DNA of 60,731 nt, filler included, from Dimargaris cristalligena (taxonomy: Eukaryota), in NCBI GenBank assembly GCA_003614675.1. It is 5 parts of 5 records of this genome, joined end to end, with 100 filler letters (N's around TTAATTAATTAA, not from the genome) between each part and the next. Parts side by side here need not be neighbours in the genome. Positions count along the whole stretch, not along the records: positions 36,539 to 48,584 come from ML003059.1; positions 48,685 to 60,731 come from ML003060.1; 3 more parts are not named here. The stretch is one strand, 5' to 3'. The notes under the pieces were generated by a model. That model worked only from the letters and a program-made list of their open reading frames with translations. It ran no database searches and was not told the DNA's origin. Of this stretch, positions 38,242 through 50,168 are shown piece after piece. Every line of letters starts with the position of its first letter. The first letter of the stretch is position 1. The translations under genes were made by a program, and so were the position numbers.

Positions 38242-41200
38242 GGCAGATGATAATCAAAGTGACTTTTGAGGAATATAAATGAATGGAGTGTTGGGTGTTG
38301 GCTGATTATTGTGTAAATGTTGAGGATGTTGAGAATGTGATTGATGTTGTATAACACAGTGGGAAGATGGTCTTTTATAGCAGAAAATAGGAATTCCTTG
38401 GTTTACAGCCCTAGGTAGTAGATGTGCAGCTTTACAAGAGGTGTGGCTTATAATAGGTGCTTTGCAGTCCTACTATGGATTGGATTCATCACTCGGGTTC
38501 ACCAAAGGTTGATAACTGCAATTGCACTCACTCTATTGTCCGAGGATTCAGTGGTGAACCCATTATGTATATGTAGTGCCATCCAGAGGTTGGCACTTAT
38601 CCCTGGACTATGGACAGCCAGTCCTCATTGTCAGAGGGTGGAATATACTGTAACATGCAATGGTGGTATCACTCCCGCCATTTACCCACAAATATATATA
38701 TATATATACTGCCTACACTGCAGCATACACAAAAGCTAACAAAAATATTATTCATTTCTTCATACTCATGGTTTGCATTAAAAAGCCCACCATTTTTTCC
38801 TTGCATCTAAAAGTCCGATTTATTTTTCTGTGGATTCCCTGTCATTCCATCTTGTTCCATTTCTTGACCTTTTCTCGGTCCTTTTTCTTGCACCTAGTGG
38901 CCCCTAAGGCCCACAGGATGGCTACATAAGTAACCAGTGAATTCCCGCTTGTTTGGAAAAATCAATCATCACTCATTTTATTTGAAGCTCAAATTCCACT
39001 ATCCCTTGAACTCAGTCCCAATTTTTTTATTGATTATTTCTTATCATTTAACATCACCGTTTTTTATATTTATTTTCAATAAAACTTTCACATCATTCAT
39101 TATATCCTCCCCCCGTCCTCTGTCCAATCCACTGACCACCTGCCCCCTCTGAAAACCCACCATGTTAATGTCCAATTCTGCCCTGGTCTCATCCCACTCC
39201 GTGAACCTCCCATCTTCTGCCACTAGGGAGTAGGCTGCTGCAACTTCAGGCCATGTTGATAAGGAGGCTACTGCCTCCCCGCAAATCCCAAAGGCTGCTA
39301 ACAATAGGCCAGATGTCCCAGGTAGTACATATATCCTTTACATTCATTATGGTTATCAGGGAGGTTTGCTATTAACAGTGGAAAGAGAAGTCTGGTGATT
39401 TGATGCAAGGTTGAATTGCAAACACCGCTTCTTGAAATATGTTCATTGTATTCAGGTATTAGTGAACAGATAGTATATCCCCCCTTGCTTAAAATAACCA
39501 TTTGGTTTATAGACAAGGCCAGGTCTAAGATACTCGAGTTGCTGCAGGCTAGGCTTTTCTATGTTAACATGACAGTGTTAAAGGGAACCTGTGATTTTAA
39601 GTGAATACATGTAGCTGTAAGCAGGACTACATTTTTGCTGTGAGATTGGATAGTAAGTGAAAACTAAAGCTGACCACATTAGGTCAAGAATGTCATTGGT
39701 TGCAACAGTTTTATCAATCTCATCTCTTATGAGAGTGGGTCTCTTTAGCCATTAATACAGCCACTGACAGCAACAGCTAGAAAATTATGCAATAACAGCT
39801 GGTGGTCAACAATAGCCTGCTGGGGGTCAGTTGTAGTGGGATGTCAATATTGGGGAAGTCAAGGCCCATTCTGACTGGTGCCTGTGCTTCTTTGATGATT
39901 CCCCTGGCTAGTCTCTGTTTTTTCCCTTTTCATATCATAGACGGAATACTAGTTTGCCATTAAATATGCTTTTAAGTGACTGAATTGAATTGCATTGGCC
40001 ATCCCGCACTATACGGATGTTTATGCATTAGCATTTAATAAATCAGCTGCCTACTAATTGAACGTGGAACCAGCTAGATAGAGCATTCGTTTACTTATAC
40101 ATTTACAGATGCAGTGCTAGGCTAAGAGTCAATCTCAGTTATACTCCATGGACACATACTGTCTAAAAGGTACTTACCATTTAAGGTCACATATATTTAT
40201 TTCCCTGGAATCAATAAAATCGTATTGTTAAATGATCTGTTCCATCAGGCAGTAGTGTGCAATTTGGAAAGTTTTGTGAATTTGTAAAATACTGAATACT
40301 AAAGCCTATAAGTCGACAGGTTCTCTTCTTGACAGAAATCAGGCCATTGGGTATTTCCGCCCTCGTCATCGCCTTGTGTATTCTGGCCATTGGCAGGACC
40401 TATAAGATAGCCAAACCCCCGGGGAGTGTGTCACTAAGGGGGGGGAAGACATTAACCACCACCGTAAGTAATGTCCTTTTGGCTAGGGGTAATCTAATGG
40501 ACATGTCAACATAGGTACTGTAAAATGAAAACCGAGACTGCCATTGGACATCACTGTGAGGATAAACGGTCATATTCACCACTATCCCATAACCCTAAAT
40601 GAATACAGTTCTCGATTAGCGGATTTCTATTTATCGCTTTCGCAACTGAACGCCGCTATACAGTATCACGTCGTGTGGTTCTCTAATAAATCACACGAGA
40701 CTCGCCGTTTTGTGCCATTGGCCATTTTTTACTCACAATACAAGCAGTTAGCTTGAAGGGGAGTACTCACTGGCTTGTGGTCATTAAGCGAGGTACAACG
40801 ACAACCCGGGTTTCACATATAAGGGGGCTTTAGTCCGTTAGTCTACTTAGCTATACCCCCGGAACAATATTTTATTGTTTCAATAAACGTATAAGAATAG
40901 GACCCCCGAAAGAGAACACCATTATTGATCTCTCCAAGTGAGCAACAGCCCCCATCGAATCGGCTCAAGTCCAGAGGGATTTCATGGTTCTCAGGGATTA
41001 GCTTGTAAAAAGTATCCGGGGTTTAATCGGGTTATTAACGTTGGAAGACCATTAGGGGAAGCAGTCACGAAAGCCCCGGGTTAGGCCTACCATTAAACTC
41101 GTTAATCAAGTGAACATAGCATATCCGTTACAAAACAGTAGTCCTTGATTCCAAAACCGACAAGGAAGGCATATATATGTAATGAACAAAGTTCGGGAAG

Positions 41201-41748
41201 CCAAGTTGGACGGCCAATGTTGACCACCGTATTACCAAATGGGATTAATGGAAAGACGTGGAGTTATGGGCTTGAAAGGGGGTTTATGGAATTGGCTAGT
41301 TGATTTGTGCCCCAGACCAAATTCCAATATGTAGTTCCCAGCCCTGGGAACCCCTATTATTATTCATTCGCTCATCGACACCTTCTAAACCAGTCCGAGT
41401 TAATAGGGCAAATGGTTATATATATATTAAAAATGGTATATCAAGATCAGCTCCACCTACGCAGCTATCGAGCTAACAAACTAATCCTGCGACCACAGAC
41501 TGGATATGTAATTAAATTAGGAAAAAGGGACGAACGATGATAAAAATACAATTGGTTGTAAATAAGCGAAAGTAAAAACAATATACCAAACCCATTCCAG
41601 TGCTCTTTTGCCGAGGGAGGGGATGCTTTACAATGGCCGCACCAAACTTCCAAGGTACTAAAAGGTCAATGCCCCTAGGTCTACATTATACCTTACATAC
41701 CCCCCCCTCGCTTTCAACCATTTAGCCGCCAACAGTCCTATTTCGCCT

Positions 41749-44133
41749 TTAGCAGTGCTTAATATTAATCAAGTGGTTGCGATAGAGTTTTAGGGTCGAT
41801 TTGAGGTCCCGGAAGGACATTTGCAGTAGATAGTGAATTTCGTAGGTATTGTGTTTGCCGTCCAAGTACTTGAAAAGGTCGTGGAACCGCAGTTTCCGAT
41901 TGGGGTATTTTTCGTCGATTTCCTGGATCCACTGTTGGAGACTGTGGGTCCGCGCAGTTCGGGATAGTTTAATTCCTGGACTGGGATCCTCCGGGTAGCC
42001 GCCCCCGGTCCCGGTCCCCCTTGCTACCCGACCGGTGACCACGGAAGTCGAAGATGGCGGGGGAGCAGGGGGGGCCGAGGTATGTGGGGTGGTGGGGGCC
42101 GATGTGATGATACCCGAACTCGACACGGGAGGGGGACCACCACTGCCCGATAATGATAATAGTTGCGTAGGGGTCGACGGCCATCCACCACCATTCGAGA
42201 CCGCCAGGCCGCTGGTGGTGGGTTCGTCCCATGGAAACACCGGCTTAAGATGACCGGGTGTTTTAGCGTACACGTACGTATGGATTTCAGTGACTAAATC
42301 GCGGCTCAACAGAAACTCCAGCGCCCCAAAGTACATGGCCCTCACTTTAGGGTCGCTATTCTGGATATGCTTGAGAAAACTCTTGGGAGTAGAGAAGGAG
42401 GCCAGGAATTCGACGAGGTTAATTTTGGGGAATTTAGGCGCGAATTCGGCGTTGTACTCGTGGATACGGGAGAGGTCGGCGTTAGGGGAAACGACATATT
42501 CGCACCCCAGTTTCGGTTTATTGATGACTTTAGCCTTGCGCCAGTAGATCATATGGGCGGCCATCCGGTACATTTGGGCTAGGGAACAGTCAATGACGCT
42601 GTGGAGGTCGCCGAGAGCCCGGCGGTGTGGCAGTTCCTTGACCAGTAGGGTCAGCGAAAGGTTCACGTCGGGCGGCAGGGAGGCCAGGATTTTATCGGGT
42701 TCCTCGAGCGGCAGAAGGATTTGCTGGGGTTGAATGTAGGGGTACAGGGCTAACCGTTCCTGAAGTTCCTCTTGACTGAGCGCACACCAGAGGTTTTCTT
42801 TTAGGCGCGGGACTTGGAGGGACAGGCTGAACTTGTTGTCGATTAATAAATGGACCACTCGGTCGTAGAAGATCGTGTCGTACACCTCCGCTAGGGTACG
42901 GGCCAGTGAACTTTGGGCCAGGGCCCGATTAAGCCATTCGGCCATGGTGAGGTGCGTGCGGGTCGCTTTTTCTAAATTCAGGGACAACTTTTGAACCTCC
43001 TGGGAGACGTATTGGCCGGACTTTTGGGCAAAGTCGAGGACGGCGCAGAGTTTGTTCACGATGTGATGGTAGATTAATTCGGCCTTCTCCTCGGCCTCGG
43101 GGTAGGAATTGTCAATGACAAAGAGAATATGGACCAGATTTTTCTGGTACTGGTTAGCCGAGTGGGGGGACAGGGGTTCGGCCGAATCGGAGTCACTCGA
43201 GTCGTAGTCGAAGTAGAGGGACTGGGGGGTTTCATCAGAGCCGGAAGGGTGGCTGGGAGGAGAAGCGACGGGGGTGGGGGCCGGGGAGGATCGAAGACTG
43301 GTCGTGGAGGCATTGCCGCGAAGACTCCGACGCCGCAAAGTTAAGGACGGGTGCTGCAGGGATGGCCGGGTCCGGCGGGGCCGCGTGGATTCGCTGACGG
43401 GTTGGATACGGTGTTTAACGGTAAAGGGCCGCCCCAAGAACATCAGATCGTCAATGATAGTCTGGAATCGGCAGCTCCCCCGGGCCGCGTTACGGGCCAG
43501 AAACGTCAGAATGGCCTTATTGCTCAATCCAATGGCGGCATCCTTGCTCCACCCATCCGTAGACATAAACTTTCCACCCTCGCGGGCCTCTTCCGTGGGC
43601 AATGAAGAGGGACGGCCCGTAGAACCGTTCATCATCATGATCGAGTCGGCGTAGGGCAAAGGTGCAATGCCCACCCCGTCATTGATACCGTCCCCGCTGG
43701 GAAACTCCGGTGACTCGTCGGAGCCCGTCAGTCCACTCGGGGAGAAAAACCGGAGGCCCCGGGACTCGTCAATGAAGCAGTAACTGCCGGTGGGAATCTC
43801 GGGTTGCTCGGACTGGCCTTCGCGGGGCCGGACCTGGCCCTTGGATAGAATGTAGCCGATGGGGCGGGGGTTGATGGTGTCCACGGGGTGACTGAAAAAG
43901 GTGCAGGTTTGGTCGGACTGGGACCGGTTGGAGTCCAGCAGCGCCGAGGGGGAGGGGTAGAGGGAGGTGGTGGGGGGTCCATTTGGAGCGGGGCGGTAGT
44001 TACGGAGTCCCACTTGGTCAAAGTAATTGCGGGGGTGGTGGCGTTTGATTAATGGGTCCAGGGGGTACCGGAATAAGACCTGGCGTTCCCCACTGGACTC
44101 CGAAATGAGGAAAATAGATAGTAGTTCAGACAT
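41749..44133 (-). CDS. NPR3: GATOR1/SEACIT subunit Npr3 (NPRL3), ~794 aa, intronless
   Basis: N-terminal LSIFLISESSGERQVLFRYP, FQTIIDDLMFLGRP, SSLARTLAEVYDTI..VVHLLID, IQPQQILLPL, MAAHMIYWRKAKVI, YVVSPNAD and C-terminal YLDGKH all match the NPRL3 family. Confidence 0.9.
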   Translation of the reverse strand: MSELLSIFLISESSGERQVLFRYPLDPLIKRHHPRNYFDQVGLRNYRPAPNGPPTTSLYPSPSALLDSNRSQSDQTCTFFSHPVDTINPRPIGYILSKGQVRPREGQSEQPEIPTGSYCFIDESRGLRFFSPSGLTGSDESPEFPSGDGINDGVGIAPLPYADSIMMMNGSTGRPSSLPTEEAREGGKFMSTDGWSKDAAIGLSNKAILTFLARNAARGSCRFQTIIDDLMFLGRPFTVKHRIQPVSESTRPRRTRPSLQHPSLTLRRRSLRGNASTTSLRSSPAPTPVASPPSHPSGSDETPQSLYFDYDSSDSDSAEPLSPHSANQYQKNLVHILFVIDNSYPEAEEKAELIYHHIVNKLCAVLDFAQKSGQYVSQEVQKLSLNLEKATRTHLTMAEWLNRALAQSSLARTLAEVYDTIFYDRVVHLLIDNKFSLSLQVPRLKENLWCALSQEELQERLALYPYIQPQQILLPLEEPDKILASLPPDVNLSLTLLVKELPHRRALGDLHSVIDCSLAQMYRMAAHMIYWRKAKVINKPKLGCEYVVSPNADLSRIHEYNAEFAPKFPKINLVEFLASFSTPKSFLKHIQNSDPKVRAMYFGALEFLLSRDLVTEIHTYVYAKTPGHLKPVFPWDEPTTSGLAVSNGGGWPSTPTQLLSLSGSGGPPPVSSSGIITSAPTTPHTSAPPAPPPSSTSVVTGRVARGTGTGGGYPEDPSPGIKLSRTARTHSLQQWIQEIDEKYPNRKLRFHDLFKYLDGKHNTYEIHYLLQMSFRDLKSTLKLYRNHLINIKHC

Positions 44134-44870
44134 GGTCCCTGGGGGAAAGGAATGGAGAAACCGGAAAGAAACTCGATATAGGAATTTGGTACAAAAGAGG
44201 CAATGGCTCAAACTTAGGAGGAAAGGTTAGTATAGTGAGTAAGCAGAGACAAGGCGGCCCTCCTCCCCCTATTAGACACTCTAATAAAGTGAAGCACACG
44301 CTGTTTCCGGACTACTTTTGAGACGGAATACCGTTGCAGTTCGAGTGTCTACGTGCTCCTTTCCAACCACACAGGGCCTTTTAATTATAGTGCCGGCTGT
44401 GGAGCCTACCCAACAGCCTGGCCACCAAAGGCAAACTCTCCCGGAAGAGAAAGAGCCCGATAAGCCCGGCCAATGTCCCAGAGACGGCGAACAACCGGGC
44501 TGCCAGCATTAACCAATTTCTAATGAATCGACTGATAGCTGCTACCTCTTTTGCGTGTGTATATTATACTATACTATACTATTGACCACATCCACCGCGT
44601 GCCCTGGGCGATGGGGCTGACTGACTGTCTTGACCTTTTTTACCACTATTATGTTCCTGCATTACAAATAAACCTACCTATTATATATTCCAGCTCTTTC
44701 ACCTATTGATCCTCTCGCCTTTCCTTCAATATCCTCCTTCCCCTCTATTCCGCTGCTGGATTGACCCACCCGCCGCCACCCCCTCTCTATAAAAAACAAA
44801 CCCCGGTCCTTAAATCTACTACCCGTCCTTCGTTCCTGCCGTTATTCCAGCGCCCTCCCTCCGCCTTACG

Positions 44871-47800
44871 ATGCGCATCGTTAAACCGGACTGGGTGCAG
44901 CATGAGAATGACAAGGGGGTCAAGCTGACTATCTACTCCCTCTCGGTTCACCCGGACGGCTCCCGGTTCGCCACGGGCGGCATTGGCTTCCACGTTAAAA
45001 TTTGGAACACCGCGCCCCTCCTCCATCGCGAGGCCGAAGAAGACCCCAATGTACCCAAGCTACTCGCCTCCATGAGCGTCCACAACGGCAACGTCATGTG
45101 CGTGGCCTGGTCCCACGGCGCCGGCCAGTACCTGGCCACCGGGTCCGACGACTACATTGTCCTGATCTGGGAACTCGATACGAGCGGGAGCGCTGGTTCG
45201 ACTTTCGGCAATCTAGGTGGAGGCGGTGCCGCCAACGTGGAGAACTGGAAGGTGGTGCGTCGTTTAGCGGGCCACGCCTCCGACGTTACGGATTTGGCCT
45301 GGGCCCCGGAAAACGCGTACCTAGCCACGTGTGGGCTGGACAGTACCATTTACATCTGGGACGGCCGTACGTTCGATCAACTGCGGCGCTTATCCTTACA
45401 CGAGGGCTTCGTTAAGGGACTCACCTGGGACCCGGCCGGCCAGTATCTGGCTTCCCAATCGGACGATAAAACCATGATCATCTGGAAAACGAGTGACTGG
45501 TCCATGGAAACGCGTCTGTCCGCCCCCTTTCAGGACTCCAGTAACGTCACCGTCAACCGACGCCCCAGCTGGTCGCCCGACGGGTCCTATGTGGCCTCGG
45601 CCAATGCAGCTGAAAAAGACCACCACATGTCGACCCTGTTCACCCGGGATAAATGGGCCACCCAAATCAATCTGGTGGGCCACAAGGCGCCCATTGAGGT
45701 GGTGAAGTTTAATCCGGTGATTTTCAAACCCCTCGATGATAAGGACGATTCAGCCACCAAGAAATCGGCCGCGGCCGGCGAAGATGCCGAGAACACCCCC
45801 ACCGGCCCCACCGCCCTCATCGCGGTGGGCAGTCAGGACCGTAGTATTACCGTCTGGACCACCCGCAATCCCCGGCCCATGTCCGTGGCCGACGGTATTT
45901 TCGAACACAATGTCACCGATTTGGATTGGAGTCCCGACGGCATGACGCTCTTTGCTTCGTCGCACGACGGAACCGTCGCCATTCTCAGTTTTACGGAAGC
46001 GGAGCTTGGCCAGCCCATGTCGCTGGACGAGAATCTGGAAATGCTGTCGAAGCATGGGTACAAAAAGAAGAAAATCATTCCCGTGGAAAGTCCCACGCAG
46101 TTACGGTTGGAGGAGGAGTATGCTCAGGCGAGCCGCAATGCGTCGTCGCAGCGTATCGCGCGGCTGATGGGAGGCGGGAGTAGTAGTAGTAGTCACCCGG
46201 CAGCCGGTTCAACTGATCAGTCAACTCCGCTAGGTGTACCCACCTCTACCTTATTAGCCTTGGCTCCCGATATAAAGCCTCCGGTTCCCACCTCTGCTGA
46301 TGCCACCTCGGCCTCTTCCGTACCCGCTCAGCCACCACAACCATCAACATCAACGTCCGCTTCGACCGCATCACCATCGCCGCTACCGCCACCCCCCATG
46401 ACCCCGCAGAAGGTGACCATCACCAAAGATGGCAAGAAACGTATCCAACCCCAGTTTGTTCGTAACCTAACCGGCCCTTCCTCATCGTCGCAGGCCACCC
46501 CTAAACCCCCACCACCGGCTGCCCGGTATAATAATGGTCTTTCGGCGTCTTCTGCCGCCACCACCTCGGCTAACGGCCACGCTGACTCGGCTTCTTCGAC
46601 GGGTTTACTCCCACCAGGCACTCCCATCCGCAGCGGCGGCTCCCTCGCCTTCGGCGGGGGCGGGGGAGACCTGTCTAATAACTACCACACCCCGGGCGAC
46701 GTGATTTTTGGAAACGGCGGACGATCCTCGGTTTACACGCCCGAAATGGACGCCCCCTTCCGGGAATGGAGTAGCGGGCACGGGCACCCCTCCGTCCCTC
46801 TTGCCTCGGCGGCCTTGGGTAATAAGCGCAAATACGGGGAATCCCCCGACCCTGCTAGTGCATCACATAAACGGATGATCCCCGGCGGAGGGGCCTTAAA
46901 TACCCCGAACGGGCGCAGTCGGACCGCCCCGCCGCCGCTGGTTGGCCCTGAACGACGATCGATTATAACGTCCCAGGCGTATGCCCAATCCCAAATCCGG
47001 CTAGCGGTACCCAAGGTGCAGTCCCAGCTACGCCACTGTGTGCGCCGCGGCGGCGGGGGACCCGGTCGGCCTGCTTACATGCCGAGCACTCCGGCTGCCC
47101 CTACCCCCGCCAACACTAATCCCGCAACCGTGCATAACGCGGCGGTGTACTTGAACGCCTACAACGATATCAGAGGGGGAGCTAAACCTACCCGGGTCAC
47201 ACTCACCCGTAACGAGCAGGTCGAGTGGACGACGTTACTCCCCGCCTACGCTCTCCTACTCACGGGGAACGACAAGTACCTGATGGCCACCTGCTACGAC
47301 GGGGCGGTCCATTTCTTCACCCCCGCGGGACGCCGTGTCCTCCCGGCCGTAATGTTAGAAGCCACCGCATCGTTCGTCGATTGTAGCGGGCCTTATTTTA
47401 TGTGCTTAACTTCCGTTGGCCTCCTTACGGTATGGAACCTCGATACCCAGGAAGCGGTGATCTCTGGGCTGTCCGTGGGACCCGCCCTGGAATTGGCCAT
47501 TACTCCCGCTGCTCCTACCGCCCCGGCCTCAAGTCAGGGGAATAGTAATGGTAATGGTAAGGATAAAGAGAAAGATAAGGATAAGGATAAAGAGCGGGAC
47601 TCGGAGGGCTTCGTGGCCGGTCCCACCGCCACCATTACATCCGCCCACGTCCGACCCCGGGGTATACCCGTTTTGACCACCTCACATGGCCAAGCCTACA
47701 CCTATCATCTCGGCATGAAGGCCTGGCTTAAGGTGGTGGACCCCTGGTATACCTGTTCGGACTTTTTCCTGGCCCAGGCCCCGCCGCCCGCCAGCGTCAT

Positions 47801-48026
47801 CGTCCCCGGAGGTGGGCTGGGCGGATTTGGGTTCGGAGCATCGTCGTTCCACTCGGGCGCCGCCGGAGGGGGAGCCCCACCCGGTTTATTATCCGGGATT
47901 CAAACAGCCACGGCCCGGCTCCTGGAAACCACCACAGTCACGGCGACGGTGGCCCCCCATACCAATAATAATACCCACGGCGGTACCTCTGACCCCCACC
48001 AACTCACCCACCTGTTCCGCCAATAA
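44871..48026 (+). CDS. HIR1: Histone chaperone HIR1/HIRA (WD40 + B-domain + Hira domain), 3'-truncated by an inversion
   Basis: MRIVKPDWVQH..IYSLSVHPDGSRFATGG, GFVKGLTWDPAGQYLASQSDDKT and the B-domain QKVTITKDGKKRIQPQF are present. The conserved C-terminus is missing from this frame. Confidence 0.93.
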   Translation: MRIVKPDWVQHENDKGVKLTIYSLSVHPDGSRFATGGIGFHVKIWNTAPLLHREAEEDPNVPKLLASMSVHNGNVMCVAWSHGAGQYLATGSDDYIVLIWELDTSGSAGSTFGNLGGGGAANVENWKVVRRLAGHASDVTDLAWAPENAYLATCGLDSTIYIWDGRTFDQLRRLSLHEGFVKGLTWDPAGQYLASQSDDKTMIIWKTSDWSMETRLSAPFQDSSNVTVNRRPSWSPDGSYVASANAAEKDHHMSTLFTRDKWATQINLVGHKAPIEVVKFNPVIFKPLDDKDDSATKKSAAAGEDAENTPTGPTALIAVGSQDRSITVWTTRNPRPMSVADGIFEHNVTDLDWSPDGMTLFASSHDGTVAILSFTEAELGQPMSLDENLEMLSKHGYKKKKIIPVESPTQLRLEEEYAQASRNASSQRIARLMGGGSSSSSHPAAGSTDQSTPLGVPTSTLLALAPDIKPPVPTSADATSASSVPAQPPQPSTSTSASTASPSPLPPPPMTPQKVTITKDGKKRIQPQFVRNLTGPSSSSQATPKPPPPAARYNNGLSASSAATTSANGHADSASSTGLLPPGTPIRSGGSLAFGGGGGDLSNNYHTPGDVIFGNGGRSSVYTPEMDAPFREWSSGHGHPSVPLASAALGNKRKYGESPDPASASHKRMIPGGGALNTPNGRSRTAPPPLVGPERRSIITSQAYAQSQIRLAVPKVQSQLRHCVRRGGGGPGRPAYMPSTPAAPTPANTNPATVHNAAVYLNAYNDIRGGAKPTRVTLTRNEQVEWTTLLPAYALLLTGNDKYLMATCYDGAVHFFTPAGRRVLPAVMLEATASFVDCSGPYFMCLTSVGLLTVWNLDTQEAVISGLSVGPALELAITPAAPTAPASSQGNSNGNGKDKEKDKDKDKERDSEGFVAGPTATITSAHVRPRGIPVLTTSHGQAYTYHLGMKAWLKVVDPWYTCSDFFLAQAPPPASVIVPGGGLGGFGFGASSFHSGAAGGGAPPGLLSGIQTATARLLETTTVTATVAPHTNNNTHGGTSDPHQLTHLFRQ

Positions 48027-48584
48027 CCCCCGTTTTTCGAATCCCTGTGGTGTTTAAAGGGGAGCGTCCAATAATAAGGTTGCAAATACGAATCCATACA
48101 TCAGTAATTAGTCTCATCAGAATGGGCCATAGGGGGATGGCATCCAAAGTGTAGGGATATTCATATACATACCCCCGTAAGGTATATTCGGGGAATAAAT
48201 ACAAAACAACGAATAAAACTCTATAATATATTTCGCACTAATCGATACAATGGTCAATAGAGCCACGGCATATCCTACGAAAGGGGGGTGCAACTTACCA
48301 AGATTGTCGGTTCCCACTGGTACGCCGTCTCGCCGTGTTTCGAATTCGCCACCATACCACCGTAGGTCAGATTGGCGGGACCCAGTGTAGTGACCGTTGA
48401 ACCAGGCAAGTACAAGGGCCCCAACAACCAATTGCCCAGTTCCATAATCCGATCTTGGGCATTTTCGTCCGCCAAGCGTTTGGCGTAGCAATTCAGCCAG
48501 TACCGGAACTCCGCGGGGGATTGGAGGGCCTGACTAGCCACCAGCTGGTGCTCCAAATGGTCCAGGGTCAGGAGCTGCCGTTGG
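48015..48584 (-). CDS. HIR1: Inverted 3' fragment of HIR1/HIRA (partial exon 48584-48299, intron 48298-48045, start of last exon from 48044)
   Basis: QRQLLTLDHLEHQLVASQALQSPAEFRYWLNCYAKRLADE..ELGNWLLGP..WEPTIL|GFEKRGLLAE is the HIRA C-terminal signature, with GTAAGT..CACAG intron boundaries. Confidence 0.85.
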
Positions 48585-48684
48585 NNNNNNNNNNNNNNNN
48601 NNNNNNNNNNNNNNNNNNNNNNNNNNNNTTAATTAATTAANNNNNNNNNNNNNNNNNNNNNNNNNNNNNNNNNNNNNNNNNNNN
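48585..48684. other. Artificial contig spacer
   Basis: N run with TTAATTAATTAA. Confidence 0.99.
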
Positions 48685-50168
48685 GAGTGATTAGTGCGAA
48701 CTCCGGGAGGCCCGGCCGGTAAGGGGATATCAATGATGCTCGGCCTTATTAGGGCCGGGGGGTACAATATGGCGCTATACGGCCTGATATGATGGCGGTC
48801 ATATCGGTTGGATTAGGACGGATTAGGAGGGGCGACATAGACAGCAAGTCATATTTTTAAGTACATCCTGTAGATAGACCAGAGTGTAAAAAGTACGTTG
48901 TATCTATTGGTGTCTATCTACAGATGATCCAAGTAATTATATAATTAGTACATCAAAACCGTGTGATGTAGCGCTTTTTTATTTGGACACATTATTCTGG
49001 TTGATACTAGACATTTCGCTGACCTTGCCCTTCGCGTCCCAATCTAGATGTACACTGATGGGCCAAATTTCTCTCAGACATAGAATCCTCAAACGATCGG
49101 ATACTCTGCCATGCAGAAAATATAATTGTATAGGGCACCAGTCTAACGAACCTCCCCCCCCCCACACACACTATATATCAGAGTGACCAGGTATATCCCA
49201 ACTTGTATTCTTAAATATTTCTGGCAAGAAATTATCAATAAATAGACACCCCTATATACTAATGTTGAATCGTGTATGTCAATATCATAAATCTTGACCC
49301 TAAGTGATGCCTGAGTAGATTGGTATTTCCATAATACGAGGTTATATGTTCTATATTAAAATTGAAAAATCCAACACGGAGAAAGAGAACCGACAGGCTT
49401 GTATATACCGTGAAGTGAAAAGTTGGGAATGAAGGGAGAGTCGTATTATATATGGCTACCAATTTTTAGTGTAAGAAAATAAAGATTATAAACCAAGAAG
49501 TGGGGTATTCATTGTTAACTATTAATATTTGCTTCATTCAATGGGATTTCCATGGTACAGCACAGTGGAACCATTCCCATATATATAATATTTTGTCATA
49601 ACTTTCCCAGCAGTACATCCTCTACGGGAACACATGTTATACTGCTGTGGGTCAAGACGAATTTTCCTTTCCATGAGACTAACTAGTCATTATCCCTCAC
49701 CCTATAATGCCTGCACACTCCAAATCCATAGTTATGCCTTGTCATGAATAGTGCTCACACTGGGATGAGCAAGCAATGTCGAAGTCTTCCATATCCTACC
49801 TTCAAGAATGCCCCGGTAGATCTGAGGCATTATTTGACTTCCATTTTCCCATATATATTTTTCTTTCCCTTTTGCACAGTGTTCAAACTTAAAAGACCCA
49901 GCCAGTTTTTCCCTTCATGGTTTTATGGTTATTAGTCCATCTGAGGGTGATATCCTAAAGTAGTAGTATAGCTCTAAGTTCATAGTATTAATTTGCATAT
50001 ATATAGTTTCCCCAGCTGGCCTTTAAAATGGCAAGTTACTTTCGAGATAAGTTTTTATTATTCAGAATAAATATCTACTTTAACTTCACCCAGTATTTTA
50101 CCCAGCATCAGTCAGGGACTTCAACCAGAAGTCAATTTTTTGTTTTCTTAAATTTTATTATCTTATTT

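Noticed and set aside
48868-48923. 12-bp inverted repeat CTGTAGATAGAC/GTCTATCTACAG
   Set aside because: An isolated short hairpin with no TSD, second copy or associated gene visible.
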